DNA of 64,000 nucleotides from Rickettsiales bacterium (GTDB lineage: Bacteria > Pseudomonadota > Alphaproteobacteria > Rickettsiales > UBA6187), in assembly GCA_040507985.1 (NCBI GenBank), contig JBEVNR010000012.1, positions 32,202 through 96,201 on the forward strand, in the 5' to 3' direction. Below the pieces are notes generated by a model. The model searched no databases and was not told the origin of the DNA. It saw nothing but the letters and a program-made list of their open reading frames with translations. Shown in pieces: positions 30,497 to 40,945 of the stretch. Both the position numbers and the translations under genes were made by a program. Numbering within the stretch: position 1 is the first letter of the stretch; every line of letters begins with the position of its first letter.

Positions 30497-31180
30497 ATGA
30501 AAAAAATAACGAAAACATTGGCGGCGTGGGCGGTTTCATTGGCGGCGATAACCCATAGCGGAGATTCTATGGCAAAAAGCGAATCGGATTCGAACGACGC
30601 GCGCTTCGTCGTCGGATACGTCGAGAATATTTACATCCCCGCCGTCGACTTAAAGCTAAAGGCAAAGCTCGACACGGGCGCCGCCACCTCGTCCATCCAC
30701 GCCACCATCATTGAGGTGCGCTCTCCCGAAGACGAGGAGGAGGACGAAGGCGACGGCGCCAAAACGGACGCATCGGACAAACGCGATGAAAGAAACGTCG
30801 CGAAAAAAAAGACGAAAAAACGTAAAAGCAACAAAGAAACCATTATTTTCAAGCTCGAAATTAACCATGCGGGCAAGGAAGGGGAAGAGGTTGACTCCCG
30901 GCAGTTAAAATATCCGGTGGAACGGTGGGTGCGCATTAAAACCAAAAAGGGCGGCACCGTCCGACGTCCCGTCATTCGCATGAGCTTTTGCGTCGCCGGC
31001 ATCCTGGTGGAAGACGAGGTCAACCTAGCCAATCGCGACAATTTTAACTACGACGTGCTTATCGGGCGAAACATGCTGGTGCGTGGCGGGCTTGCCGTCG
31101 ATCCTTCAAAAGCGTTTACGGAGCAGCCAAATTGCTCTATAAAGAAATCTTCCCCTCCTAAGGAAGGGGACCAAGAGTAA
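30497..31180 (+). CDS. Exported retropepsin-like protease (RimK-associated family)
   Basis: Signal-like N-terminus, VGYVE, KAKLDTGAATSSIHA, RRPVI, EVNLANRDNFNYDVLIGRN. Confidence 0.88.
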   Translation: MKKITKTLAAWAVSLAAITHSGDSMAKSESDSNDARFVVGYVENIYIPAVDLKLKAKLDTGAATSSIHATIIEVRSPEDEEEDEGDGAKTDASDKRDERNVAKKKTKKRKSNKETIIFKLEINHAGKEGEEVDSRQLKYPVERWVRIKTKKGGTVRRPVIRMSFCVAGILVEDEVNLANRDNFNYDVLIGRNMLVRGGLAVDPSKAFTEQPNCSIKKSSPPKEGDQE

Positions 31181-31213
31181 TCCCCCTTGACGCCGCTACG
31201 GAGTAACGCTTAC

Positions 31214-32854
31214 ATGAGCAGAACCGCCTTTGCCTGGATGTTATTTTTATTGCTGTCCGGCGCGGCGGCCATAATCATATGGTATAAGGCGACGCGCCTT
31301 TCCTATCCGCTTATGCCCAACGACACCGTGCAAAGCTGGTACGTCGAGGCGCACGCCCAATTGCGATCCCCGTCCCGCGAGGAGCGAAAACATGAAAAAG
31401 AGGACGCCGACGCAAAGGCGCTTGAGCTTAGCCTCGTGATGCCTACCGATTCCGATAAATTCGCGGTCGCCGGGGTGCAAACCGTTGCGAACGGCTTCGG
31501 CGTGCAGAACTTTGCGAAGGAAGGGCGCCATTACCGCACCTTCGCCAAGCGCAACGCCAGGGAAACCGAAACGGTCTATTTGCGCTTCATGTTGTACGAA
31601 TTGGACGACAACGCGGCGCCTTCCGAGGAAACCATCCAAAGATATGCGCGAAGCGAGTTTAGCAAAGGAAAAAGGCTCGCTAATCCCGACGCCCACACCC
31701 AGGCCCTCTACGATACCGTGGACGAAACGATCGAGGCGGCGCGCAACCGTTCGTCCGGCGCCTCGTCCTTCCTGATCGAAATGACGCGCTATCTAGAAAA
31801 CGACCTAAATAAACGCGATTTCTTATTAGAGCAAACCCATAGTCCGGACATTACCGCCTTGCTCGTGAAACTTATGCGCGCCGCCGGGTATCCGGCCCGT
31901 TCGGCCAACGGATTGGCGCTTGAGGAGCAAATTCAGGACGCGCCGATATTGCGGTGGGTGGAAATTATCGGCGACGGTAAACAAAAATGGCGCGCCTTCG
32001 ACCCTAAAACCGGCCGTTTCGACCTGCAACGCGACATATATCGCTGGTGGATAGGCGACGCGCCGCTCTATGACGCGCATAACGCCTCGGCGTTCTCCCT
32101 ATCCGTGTTCGTCAAGTCGAATCGCGACGCCGCCTTTACCCGCGCCATGTGGCGCACGCAAGAGCAACAACCGTGGATATATAAACTCAGTCCGCAGTCT
32201 TTGCCCCTCGACCAACAATTATTGGTGCAAATTTTATTGTTATTGCCTATCGGAGGCGCGTTCGTGGCCTTTTTCCGTCAGGTGATAGGGTTTAAAACGG
32301 TCGGCACCTTCATGCCGGTGTTGATTGCGCTGGCGTTCCGCGAGACGGGCGCCCTGTACGGCATATTGTTTTTCGGCGTGTTGATTATGTCGGGTTTCGT
32401 GATGCGCGGCTATTTGGACCGATTAAGGTTGTTGCTGGTGCCGCGCCTTGCCGCCGTGTTGACGTTCGTCATATTAATGATCGCCTATTTCATGATCGCC
32501 AGCAAAAATTTAGGCTTGCCGCTCGGCTTATCGGTCGCGTTGTTTCCCGTGGTCATCATTACGATGTTTATCGAAAGATTGTCAACCATGTGGGAGGAAT
32601 CCGGGCCGAAGCAAGCCGTTTCGGCGTCCATCGGCACCATGTCCATAGCGGTCATTATTTATTTGCTGCTGATTAACACCTACGTGCGCCATTTCGTGTT
32701 CACTTTTCCGGAGTCGTTACTCGCGGTGTTCGGGTTTTGCTTAATTTTAGGACGGTATAACGGGTATAAAGTGACGGAATATTATCGCTTTTGGCAACTT
32801 CGCAACGCGATTAAAGCCGAGCGACAAAAAAATGCGGATTCCGGCGGAGCCTAG
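31214..32854 (+). CDS. Inactive transglutaminase plus 7TM domain membrane protein
   Basis: N-terminal TM, periplasmic domain (LMRAAGYPAR, WVEI, FDP), C-terminal RQVIGFKTVGTFMPVLIALAF, LVPRLAAVL, LFPVVIITMFIER, GRYNGYKVTEYYRF. Confidence 0.88.
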   Translation: MSRTAFAWMLFLLLSGAAAIIIWYKATRLSYPLMPNDTVQSWYVEAHAQLRSPSREERKHEKEDADAKALELSLVMPTDSDKFAVAGVQTVANGFGVQNFAKEGRHYRTFAKRNARETETVYLRFMLYELDDNAAPSEETIQRYARSEFSKGKRLANPDAHTQALYDTVDETIEAARNRSSGASSFLIEMTRYLENDLNKRDFLLEQTHSPDITALLVKLMRAAGYPARSANGLALEEQIQDAPILRWVEIIGDGKQKWRAFDPKTGRFDLQRDIYRWWIGDAPLYDAHNASAFSLSVFVKSNRDAAFTRAMWRTQEQQPWIYKLSPQSLPLDQQLLVQILLLLPIGGAFVAFFRQVIGFKTVGTFMPVLIALAFRETGALYGILFFGVLIMSGFVMRGYLDRLRLLLVPRLAAVLTFVILMIAYFMIASKNLGLPLGLSVALFPVVIITMFIERLSTMWEESGPKQAVSASIGTMSIAVIIYLLLINTYVRHFVFTFPESLLAVFGFCLILGRYNGYKVTEYYRFWQLRNAIKAERQKNADSGGA

Positions 32855-32856
32855 CC

Positions 32857-33726
32857 ATGTTCGGTTTTTTACGCAACCTCGGATTGTCGAAATACGGCAT
32901 CGTCGGCATTAACCGACGTAACGTCGATCTTATTTTAGAGCATAACCGGCGAAAATATTATCCTTTCGCCGACAGCAAATTCAAGACGAAGCAAATTGCG
33001 CAATCGGTCGGCGTGAACGTGCCGGAATTGTTCTTGATGCTAAACTACCCGTTCGAGATCGCCGACTTCCATAAGGCGCTTGAAGGAAAAGGCGCCTTCG
33101 TGATTAAGCCCGACCACGGCAGCGGCGGCGGGGGCATCATCGTGATCAGGGAAAAAGCGCGAAACGGTTTTCGCAAGGCGTCGGGCGTGGTCGTCGAATT
33201 TGCGGAATTGCGCTACCACATGCAAAACATTCTCAGCGGCATGTATTCGCTGGGAGGGCGCCCGGATAGCATTCTCATCGAAGAAGCCGTGGCGTTCGAT
33301 CCGTTATTTGACGAAATAGCCTATCAAGGCGTGCCGGACGTGCGCCTCATCGTCTTAAACGGGCGACCGCTGATGGGAATGCTGCGCCTGCCGACCAAGG
33401 CGTCGGACGGCAAGGCGAACCTGCACACCGGCGGCCTGGGGGTAGGGGTTAACATGGACACGGGCGTCACCACCTACGCCATTCAACGCAACCGTTACGT
33501 CACCCACCACCCGGAAACGGGCTATCCCTTAAGGGGACGCGCCATTCCTTTTTGGCGCGACATGCTGGATATTTCCGTTAAAATGCAACAAGCGTCCGGT
33601 CTGGGGTATGTCGGCGTCGACATCGTCATCGACAAACGTAAAGGACCGATGGTGCTTGAAATTAACGCCCGTCCCGGCATCGCCATTCAAGCGGCGAACT
33701 GCAAGGGGCTGGGCGATTGCCTGTAA
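32857..33726 (+). CDS. Alpha-L-glutamate ligase-like ATP-grasp protein
   Basis: GINRRN, FVIKPDHGSGGGGI, GVPDVRLIV, SDGKANLHTGG, LEINARPGIAIQAAN. Confidence 0.9.
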   Translation: MFGFLRNLGLSKYGIVGINRRNVDLILEHNRRKYYPFADSKFKTKQIAQSVGVNVPELFLMLNYPFEIADFHKALEGKGAFVIKPDHGSGGGGIIVIREKARNGFRKASGVVVEFAELRYHMQNILSGMYSLGGRPDSILIEEAVAFDPLFDEIAYQGVPDVRLIVLNGRPLMGMLRLPTKASDGKANLHTGGLGVGVNMDTGVTTYAIQRNRYVTHHPETGYPLRGRAIPFWRDMLDISVKMQQASGLGYVGVDIVIDKRKGPMVLEINARPGIAIQAANCKGLGDCL

Positions 33727-33746
33727 CCAATTAGCGAAACCGCGTT

Positions 33747-34817
33747 ATGTCCCCTTCCCTTCTCCATTATTGCTCCCTGTCGCGCGAAGAAACGGAAGAT
33801 TTTTTTAAGCGGCGCGGTTGGCCGCGCTTTCGCGCCGACCAATTTTTTCATGCCCTGTATAAGCGGCGCATTTTCGACCCCGCCAACATGACGAACTTGC
33901 CGGCGGCGATGCGCGAGGCCTTAGCGTCGGACGGGAGCGCGGCGTTGCCGGAGATAGCGCAAGAACAAATATCGACGGACGGCACGCGTAAATGGCTGGT
34001 GAAGTTTGCGGACGGCAAGCTGGCCGAAACGGTCTACATCCCAGAAACGGGTCGCGGCACGCTATGCGTGTCGTCGCAAATTGGGTGCAGCCTTACCTGT
34101 AGTTTTTGCCATACCGGCACGCAAAAATTGCAACGCAACCTCACCGCCGACGAAATCGTCGGGCAATATTTGCTGGCGGAAGCGCGGCTCGGCCAATCGT
34201 CGCCGGATATTGCCGAACGCGGTCCCGTCACCAACGTGGTGATGATGGGGATGGGCGAACCGCTGATTAATTACGACAACGTGGCCCGCGCCTTGCGCAT
34301 TTTAATGGAGCCGGAAGGAATAGGCTTTTCCAAGCGAAAAATCACGCTTTCCACGTCGGGCTACGTGCCGAAAATCGTGGCGTGCGGAGAGGAATTGGGC
34401 GTCAACCTCGCCGTGTCGCTGCATGCGACGACCGACGAGGTGCGCGATTCCCTGGTGCCGCTCAACCGAAAATACCCGATCGCGGCGCTGCTTGAGGCAT
34501 GCCGCGCCTATCCGCACAATTCCGCCTACAGGCGGATGACGTTTGAATACGTGATGCTCGACGGAATAAACGACGCCGACGCCGACGCCGAACGTCTTGC
34601 CGAGATAATCGCGCCCATTCCCGCGAAGGTCAACCTTATTCCCTTCAATCCATGGCCGGGATCGGCCTATCGGTGCTCTCCGGAGGAACGCATCGCGCGT
34701 TTCGCCCATATGTTGGAGCGTCGCGGCGCCTACGTCACGGTGCGCACGCCCCGAGGCCGCGACATTTTCGCCGCCTGCGGCCAACTCAAAAGCGCCAATG
34801 CGCTAGCGGTTGCGTAG
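33747..34817 (+). CDS. rlmN: Dual-specificity RNA methyltransferase RlmN
   Basis: LCVSSQIGCSLTCSFCHTG radical-SAM motif, MGMGEP, SLHA, AACGQL. Confidence 0.97.
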   Translation: MSPSLLHYCSLSREETEDFFKRRGWPRFRADQFFHALYKRRIFDPANMTNLPAAMREALASDGSAALPEIAQEQISTDGTRKWLVKFADGKLAETVYIPETGRGTLCVSSQIGCSLTCSFCHTGTQKLQRNLTADEIVGQYLLAEARLGQSSPDIAERGPVTNVVMMGMGEPLINYDNVARALRILMEPEGIGFSKRKITLSTSGYVPKIVACGEELGVNLAVSLHATTDEVRDSLVPLNRKYPIAALLEACRAYPHNSAYRRMTFEYVMLDGINDADADAERLAEIIAPIPAKVNLIPFNPWPGSAYRCSPEERIARFAHMLERRGAYVTVRTPRGRDIFAACGQLKSANALAVA

Positions 34818-35040
34818 TTTCAAACTAAATCAAAGGCTCCCCGCTTGAGCCGAGATGACGGCAAAAAAAGATTGATACCTTAATTATAATTTTTATCGTA
34901 TTTTTTTATGCTGAGCATGGAGATATTTTCTTACGTCGTTTTACGCAACCATAAAAAAAATAAAAAATTAAACATATTAAGCGCCTGATGCGCCTTAGCG
35001 TATTCTTGGCAATTTTCCCCTATCATATAACGACGTTACC

Positions 35041-36201
35041 ATGATGGGGAAATATTATATGCCATCCTCCGCTTTCGCCTCCTCTTCCGCCAACGCGTCC
35101 GGCGCGACCGGCTCCGCCTCCCGCGCGCCTTCCTCCAAAAAGAAGAAGGGACGGATTAAACACCGCGACATTCTTATTTTCACCAAAAAACTTTCGACCA
35201 TGGCGGCGGCCGGGTTGCCCGTCATGCGCACGCTGCGTATGCTCGAAAACCAAGCCGAAAACGCGGCGATGAAAGATATTATCGGCCAAATTTATAAAGA
35301 CGTCGAAAGCGGGGCCACCTTATCGGAAGCGTTTGAGAAGCATCCGTCGGCCTTCGACGTGGTGTACGTGAACTTAATGCGCGCCGGCGAGGCGAGCGGA
35401 CGGCTCACGACCTTCCTCAATCGACTGATCGTACAAATAGAGAAAAGCGAAAAGATTCGCGCAAAAGTCAAAAAAGCGTTGATGTACCCCGTTATTTTAT
35501 TATGCGTGGCGTTTGCGGTCATCATGGTGATGATGATTAAAGTGGTGCCGGTGTTCGCCAACATGTTCGGCGCGATGGGAGCCGAACTTCCGGCGCCGAC
35601 GCAGTTTTTAATCAACGCCAGCGATTTCGTGCGCAATCCCTCTCAGGGCGGATTGGCGTTCGCCCTCGTCGCCGGCGCGTGCTGGGCGACGCGCCGCGTC
35701 ATTAAAACGAATAAAAACGCTAAGCGCAAGTGCGACGCCCTCATGCTCCGTCTGCCGGTACTCAGCATGGTGCTGCGCCATTCCGTGCTGGCGAAGGTGG
35801 CGATGATTCAAGGCAACCTATCCTCTGCCGGCGTATCGGTAATGGAGTCGCTCGACATCATTCGCCGCACCATGAAAAACGCGCTCTACGACGAGGCGTT
35901 GGCGCGGGTGCGAAGCGGCGTGGCCGTGGGAGCGCCGTTGTCCGACCTATACGCGGCGGAAGGCGAATTGTTCCCGCCCGCCTTTTGCCAGATGCTCGCC
36001 GTCGGAGAGGAAACCGGCAACGTGGACGAAATGCTGGAGTCCACCGCCTTTTACTTCGAGGAAGAGTTCGACATGTCCGTCGACCGCATGACCGAGTTGC
36101 TCGAACCGATCATGATCGTCGCGATGGGTTTAACCGTCGGTTTCATTATTGTGGCGATGTACATGCCCATCTTCCAAATGGGCAAGGTGATGGGGGGCTA
36201 A
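35041..36201 (+). CDS. pilC: Type II secretion / type IV pilus platform protein (GspF/PilC)
   Basis: AGEASGRL, KALMYP, VVPVFANMF, ELPAPTQ, VGEETGNVDEML, LLEPIMI, AMYMPIF. Confidence 0.92.
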   Translation: MMGKYYMPSSAFASSSANASGATGSASRAPSSKKKKGRIKHRDILIFTKKLSTMAAAGLPVMRTLRMLENQAENAAMKDIIGQIYKDVESGATLSEAFEKHPSAFDVVYVNLMRAGEASGRLTTFLNRLIVQIEKSEKIRAKVKKALMYPVILLCVAFAVIMVMMIKVVPVFANMFGAMGAELPAPTQFLINASDFVRNPSQGGLAFALVAGACWATRRVIKTNKNAKRKCDALMLRLPVLSMVLRHSVLAKVAMIQGNLSSAGVSVMESLDIIRRTMKNALYDEALARVRSGVAVGAPLSDLYAAEGELFPPAFCQMLAVGEETGNVDEMLESTAFYFEEEFDMSVDRMTELLEPIMIVAMGLTVGFIIVAMYMPIFQMGKVMGG

Positions 36202-36462
36202 CGGCGCGCCAAGTGCGGCGCCGACGCCACCATACCTTAAAAAATGAAATGATTTTCGTGTTGGCGGCGTATTTTTTATCCCACGTGCCGGTTACGTTCA
36301 TTATCATGCAAAATGACGTTTGCATGCGTGCCGTACGGCTTTGCCGCATGGCAGCGCAAGTTAAGCGACAAAATTTCATGGCGAGGATGTTTCATGGGGC
36401 GTTTCGTAGTAAAGTTCTTGCAGGAATCCGTCCTTGCGCGGGTCGTTTCCCACGGCACATGC

Positions 36463-37827
36463 ATGCGCGCGCGCTCTCGCACATACGTTAAGAGCGCGGC
36501 TTTGGGCGTATTGCTTATTTTCTCGCAAACCGCCGCCGCCTGCGCGCAGCCGCAGGACGAAACGATTCGCATGCTTGACTTGTTCGGCGACGTGTTCGAC
36601 AAGGTAAAAAGCGACTATGTGGAAGAAGTGGACGACAAGGAGCTGATTGAGGCGGCGATTAACGGCATGCTCTCGTCTCTCGACCCCCATTCCAGCTATT
36701 TGAACGACGAAGAATTCAAGGAGATGCAGATTCAAACCTCCGGAAAGTTCGGCGGGTTGGGCATCGAAGTCACCATGGACAAGGGGCTGGTGAAAGTGGT
36801 CGCCCCCATTGACGACACGCCGGCCGCCGAAGCGGGCCTGCAAGCCGGAGACTATATCAGCAAAATCGACGGCGATGCGGTGATGGGCATCGCCCTTCGC
36901 GACGCGGTGGAAAAAATGCGCGGCGAGCCGGGCACGGAAATCACGCTCGAAGTGTTGCGCGAAAACGAAAAAGAGCCGCTCGTTTTTAAATTAAAGCGCG
37001 CCATCATTAAAATCGCGTCGGTGAAACATAAGGTCATCGACGAGGAAATCGGCTATTTCCGCATCACGGCGTTTTCCGAACAAACGGCGTCGCTGCTTGA
37101 GAAAAAAATCGACTTGGTGAAAAAACAGCTAAAGGACGATCTGGAGGGAATCATCATCGACCTTCGCAACAATCCCGGCGGGTTGCTCGATCAAGCCATC
37201 GACGTCTCCGACCTGTTCCTCGACAAGGGCGAAATCGTCTCCACCGGCGGGCGCGTCGAGGAAAGCAACAAGCGCTTCAACGCCACAAAAGGCGACATGC
37301 TGCAAGACATGCCCATCGTCGTGCTGATTAACGGCGGATCGGCGTCGGCGTCCGAAATCGTGGCGGGCGCCCTGCAAGACCATAAGCGCGCCATCGTGAT
37401 GGGAACGCAGTCGTTCGGCAAAGGTTCGGTGCAAACCGTCCTGCCGCTCTCGGCGAGCAATGGAGCCATGCGGCTCACGACGTCGCGCTATTTCACTCCG
37501 TCGGGACGGTCCATTCAGGCCCAAGGCATTGCGCCCGATATTGTGGTCGAGCAATCTAAGCTGGAAACCATGGCCGGCGAGCCGATGCCCGGCGAATCGT
37601 CCCTGCCTAAACATTTAGAAAATAACGACGCGAAAAAAGACCCGACGAAGGGCAAGGAAAGCCCCGACAAAAAAACGACCGACAAAAAAACGACCGATAA
37701 AAATAAGGCGGCTAAAAAATCGGATACGGACGTAAGTTCTTCCGACGTGTATAAAGACGACTACCAATTGGGCAGGGCGGCGGACTTAATTCGGGCGATA
37801 TATCTCTATGAACACCGAAACAAATAG
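36463..37827 (+). CDS. ctpA: Carboxyl-terminal processing protease (S41)
   Basis: LDPHSSY, PDZ FGGLGIEV, DLRNNPGG, SASASEIVAGALQD, SFGKGSVQ. Start uncertain (36394 is an alternative). Confidence 0.95.
   Translation: MRARSRTYVKSAALGVLLIFSQTAAACAQPQDETIRMLDLFGDVFDKVKSDYVEEVDDKELIEAAINGMLSSLDPHSSYLNDEEFKEMQIQTSGKFGGLGIEVTMDKGLVKVVAPIDDTPAAEAGLQAGDYISKIDGDAVMGIALRDAVEKMRGEPGTEITLEVLRENEKEPLVFKLKRAIIKIASVKHKVIDEEIGYFRITAFSEQTASLLEKKIDLVKKQLKDDLEGIIIDLRNNPGGLLDQAIDVSDLFLDKGEIVSTGGRVEESNKRFNATKGDMLQDMPIVVLINGGSASASEIVAGALQDHKRAIVMGTQSFGKGSVQTVLPLSASNGAMRLTTSRYFTPSGRSIQAQGIAPDIVVEQSKLETMAGEPMPGESSLPKHLENNDAKKDPTKGKESPDKKTTDKKTTDKNKAAKKSDTDVSSSDVYKDDYQLGRAADLIRAIYLYEHRNK
37664..37703 (+). repeat. 15-bp tandem repeat encoding DKKTT in the CtpA linker
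   Basis: CCGACAAAAAAACGA twice plus a partial third copy. Confidence 0.8.
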
Positions 37828-37842
37828 ACGGCGCGCGCGTGT

Positions 37843-39042
37843 ATGAAGCGCAACACTTCCCTGGCGTTAGGATATGCGTTTTCGCTCATATGCGTGTTGC
37901 TTTCGGTGACGTTGGTCATGCAGCGCTATTCCTATCCCGGCGAAGAAGCGCTGCAATACGAAATTAAAAACGGCACCCGCGTCGTCATTGACTTAACCAA
38001 CGGAAAAATTCACGAACGCTTGCGCTCTCAACAACAGGAACCCGCCCCTTTTAGCGCCGCCGCCCAAATAGTGCCCGTTCCTTCCGACCATAAAGACGCA
38101 AAACCCCTCCCCGAGAATAAAGCGGTGCCGACGTCAAGCGACCATACCGCCGCTCCCTTAGCAAAAAACGACTCGCCGAGCGACCCGCAAATTCCGGACG
38201 CTCCTCCCGAAGCAGGGACGCAACCTGCCCCGCCGACGGTTGATTTTCGCGATAAAGGCAAGCCCGTCGTCGCGGTGATGGTGAAAGGACTGGGGATGAG
38301 CGGTTTTCCGACCGAATTGGCGCAGCACCTCCCCGATTACGTCACGTTGGGTTTTTCCCCTTATTCTCCTTCGCTTGACGAAGACATAAAAAACGCGATT
38401 GAAAACGGCCACGACGTATTAATTAACCTGCCGATGGAATCGTCCGACCTCACGTCGGAAGATCCCGGGCCGTATTCGTTATTGTCGGCCATGACGCCGG
38501 AGGACAATTTGCGCCGGCTAAACCTGGCCTTGTCGCGCACGGTGCGCTATGCCGGCGTCTACACCGACCAAGACGAGCATTTCACCTCATTACCGAGCGC
38601 GGCCATGCCTATCGTCAAGGAACTCAAAAAGCGCGAGATCGAATTGGTATACGGGGCGGGATACCAAAATTATTCCTTCATTCAATTGGCGGAAAAAAAC
38701 GGTTATCCGGTATTGGCGACGGACGCGCACGTGAATTCCGCAATCGACGGCGACGCCGCCAACGACGCCATGAACGCGGCGCTCGAGTCGGCCCAAAAAA
38801 AGGGATTCGCCGTCCTTATGGTGGCGTCGTATCCCATGACGATAAAACTCGCGGAAGAGTGGATGAATCGGGTGGATAAGGAACGCGCGACCTTCGTGCC
38901 GGTATCGTATTTGCTTGCCAAAAATCGCGAGGCATTGCAGACGAACGCCGCCCTTCCCTCCCCTGCGATTAAAAGCGAAAAAAATCCTCCCTCAAAGACG
39001 GAGCGGCCCGATCCCCATGGCGCGCCTTCGGGCAAGCATTAG
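37843..39042 (+). CDS. Divergent polysaccharide deacetylase family protein (YibQ-like)
   Basis: N-terminal TM, Pro-rich linker, VTLGFSPY, GHDVLINLPME, DPGPYSL. Usual position downstream of ctpA. Confidence 0.85.
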   Translation: MKRNTSLALGYAFSLICVLLSVTLVMQRYSYPGEEALQYEIKNGTRVVIDLTNGKIHERLRSQQQEPAPFSAAAQIVPVPSDHKDAKPLPENKAVPTSSDHTAAPLAKNDSPSDPQIPDAPPEAGTQPAPPTVDFRDKGKPVVAVMVKGLGMSGFPTELAQHLPDYVTLGFSPYSPSLDEDIKNAIENGHDVLINLPMESSDLTSEDPGPYSLLSAMTPEDNLRRLNLALSRTVRYAGVYTDQDEHFTSLPSAAMPIVKELKKREIELVYGAGYQNYSFIQLAEKNGYPVLATDAHVNSAIDGDAANDAMNAALESAQKKGFAVLMVASYPMTIKLAEEWMNRVDKERATFVPVSYLLAKNREALQTNAALPSPAIKSEKNPPSKTERPDPHGAPSGKH

Positions 39043-39050
39043 CGTTTTTC

Positions 39051-40151
39051 ATGCGTATCGAGGAAACCTATCTTGCGCGAACGAATTCCGGGGAATTGCG
39101 GTTCGACGAACGGCAACGGCGCATAGCGCAAGCGCTGGACGAAATTTTAGACATGTTGAAGGACGCGACGTCGATAAGGCGAAGCGCATGGACCCGCATT
39201 CTTTCCCGAAAAAAACGTGCGGCGCCCAAAGGCTTATACGTGCACGGCGCCGTAGGAAGGGGGAAAACCTTGCTGATGGACGTTTTCGTGGAATGCGCAC
39301 GCAATCTGCCGGTGCGTCGGGCGCATTTCCACGACTTCATGAAAGACGTCCACCGCCGATTGCGACGGGCGCGCGCCTCCTCCGGCGTCGTCGACCCGAT
39401 AGACAGCGTGGCGTCCGACATGGCGAAAGAAGCGACCATATTATGTTTCGACGAGATGGAAGTGCACGACGTTGCCGATGCAACGTTGCTGGAACGTTTG
39501 TTTTCTCGATTGTTCGCCGAGGGAACGACGCTCATATGCACCTCCAACGTCCCTCCCGAAGAATTATATAAAGAAGGACTGCAACGCGAGCATATTCTAC
39601 CGTTCATCGCATTGTTGCGCGATAGGTGCCGGGTGGAGCGCCTCGACGCGGAAGGGGATTATCGTTTACGCGGAAAAGAGGCGAAACGGGAGGAAAAAAG
39701 GTGGTTTCGTGCGGATACGGAAGGAACGGAGGCTTTAAGGCTCGCCGTTCTGCGCTACGCACCACCCGGCGGTTTTGCACCCGAATCGGTGCGCGTCGTC
39801 GGGCGGGAAACCACTTTTCGCCGCGTGGCCAACGGTGCGTTATGGACGGATTTTGACGAACTGTGCCGACGTCCGCTTGGCGCCGGCGATTACGCGGACC
39901 TATGCTCCGCCTTCTCCGTTATTGCCGTCGAAAACGTACCGACTCTGCACGCGGGCGAGACGCATCCGCTCTTGCGGTTCATTCACTTTATCGACGTCGC
40001 CTACGAAAAACGCGTGGCGCTCCTATGGTCCGGAGCGGACGAGCCGGAAGCGATATATCCCCACGAACCCAAGCCTTACGGCTTCGCCCGCATGGTTTCC
40101 CGCTTGCGCGAAATGCGTTCCGACGCATATTGCGACGCGAACACAGCCTAG
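39051..40151 (+). CDS. zapE: Cell division ATPase ZapE (AFG1 family)
   Basis: GLYVHGAVGRGKTLLMD, HFHDFM, LCFDEM, TSN, GLQRE, RMVSRLREM. Confidence 0.94.
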   Translation: MRIEETYLARTNSGELRFDERQRRIAQALDEILDMLKDATSIRRSAWTRILSRKKRAAPKGLYVHGAVGRGKTLLMDVFVECARNLPVRRAHFHDFMKDVHRRLRRARASSGVVDPIDSVASDMAKEATILCFDEMEVHDVADATLLERLFSRLFAEGTTLICTSNVPPEELYKEGLQREHILPFIALLRDRCRVERLDAEGDYRLRGKEAKREEKRWFRADTEGTEALRLAVLRYAPPGGFAPESVRVVGRETTFRRVANGALWTDFDELCRRPLGAGDYADLCSAFSVIAVENVPTLHAGETHPLLRFIHFIDVAYEKRVALLWSGADEPEAIYPHEPKPYGFARMVSRLREMRSDAYCDANTA

Positions 40152-40194
40152 CAAAGTCCTTGCCTAGCGCCTAAATCGACTTAGGGACGCAACA

Positions 40195-40932
40195 TTATTC
40201 CGCATTTAACCACATGACGGACCTGCACGACTCCGTATCGTCGCTTAACGTATATTCCGCCGTTGTCGCCGAATGATAGTCGGCGCTCACGCATACCGCT
40301 TCGGAGGCGGCGGCTTCGCCCCGTGCGGCATAGACGCTTCCGCCGGCGGGATCGGCGTCGTCCGTTTTTTTGTCGATGATGCGGGCCGTTTCCGGCAAGA
40401 CGGCGCCTTCGTTGGGGCCGGCGTCTTCCTTTCCGGAAAGTTGGAGAAAGTTGCCCGAACGTCCGTACATTTGGCCGTATTCAATGAAGTAAAAAGCGGA
40501 TTTAAGGGCGGACTCCGGCACGTTTTCGTTTATTTCGTATCCCGACGCAGTGTTGGCGGAAACGACGCCGCTATAGAGTCCGTTCACCATGTTCGCCTTA
40601 GCCAAATGCCGCCATGCGCGCAAGCATTCGGTGCGGCAGGAGACGTTGTCCTTGTCGTCGATGCGGTTATTGCCGTCGCCGTTGGCGTCGGCGCCGTCCG
40701 CTTCCCAATAGTCGTAGGCGTTGGGAAGGTCGCCCGGGAAAAACTTATATTTCTTGCGAAAATCTTCCGTCGCTTGCTTATAAAATCCAAGCGATGAAAT
40801 AAGTTTGTTGATGCGCGCTGCCTCCATTAAATGCGCGCCGCCCGCAATCGCGGCCAACGCGAGCGCCGTAATGAGAAGCGTAATCGACATTTCGACGAGA
40901 CTGAAGCCTTGCGGCGATCTTCTTAAAGGCAT
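40195..40932 (-). CDS. Prepilin-type N-terminal cleavage/methylation domain protein, paralog of 29512..30369
   Basis: G|FSLVEM site, FPGD, NGDGN, AWRHL, DKKTDD. Confidence 0.88.
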   Translation of the reverse strand: MPLRRSPQGFSLVEMSITLLITALALAAIAGGAHLMEAARINKLISSLGFYKQATEDFRKKYKFFPGDLPNAYDYWEADGADANGDGNNRIDDKDNVSCRTECLRAWRHLAKANMVNGLYSGVVSANTASGYEINENVPESALKSAFYFIEYGQMYGRSGNFLQLSGKEDAGPNEGAVLPETARIIDKKTDDADPAGGSVYAARGEAAASEAVCVSADYHSATTAEYTLSDDTESCRSVMWLNAE

Positions 40933-40945
40933 TTCGCGTTTTTAT

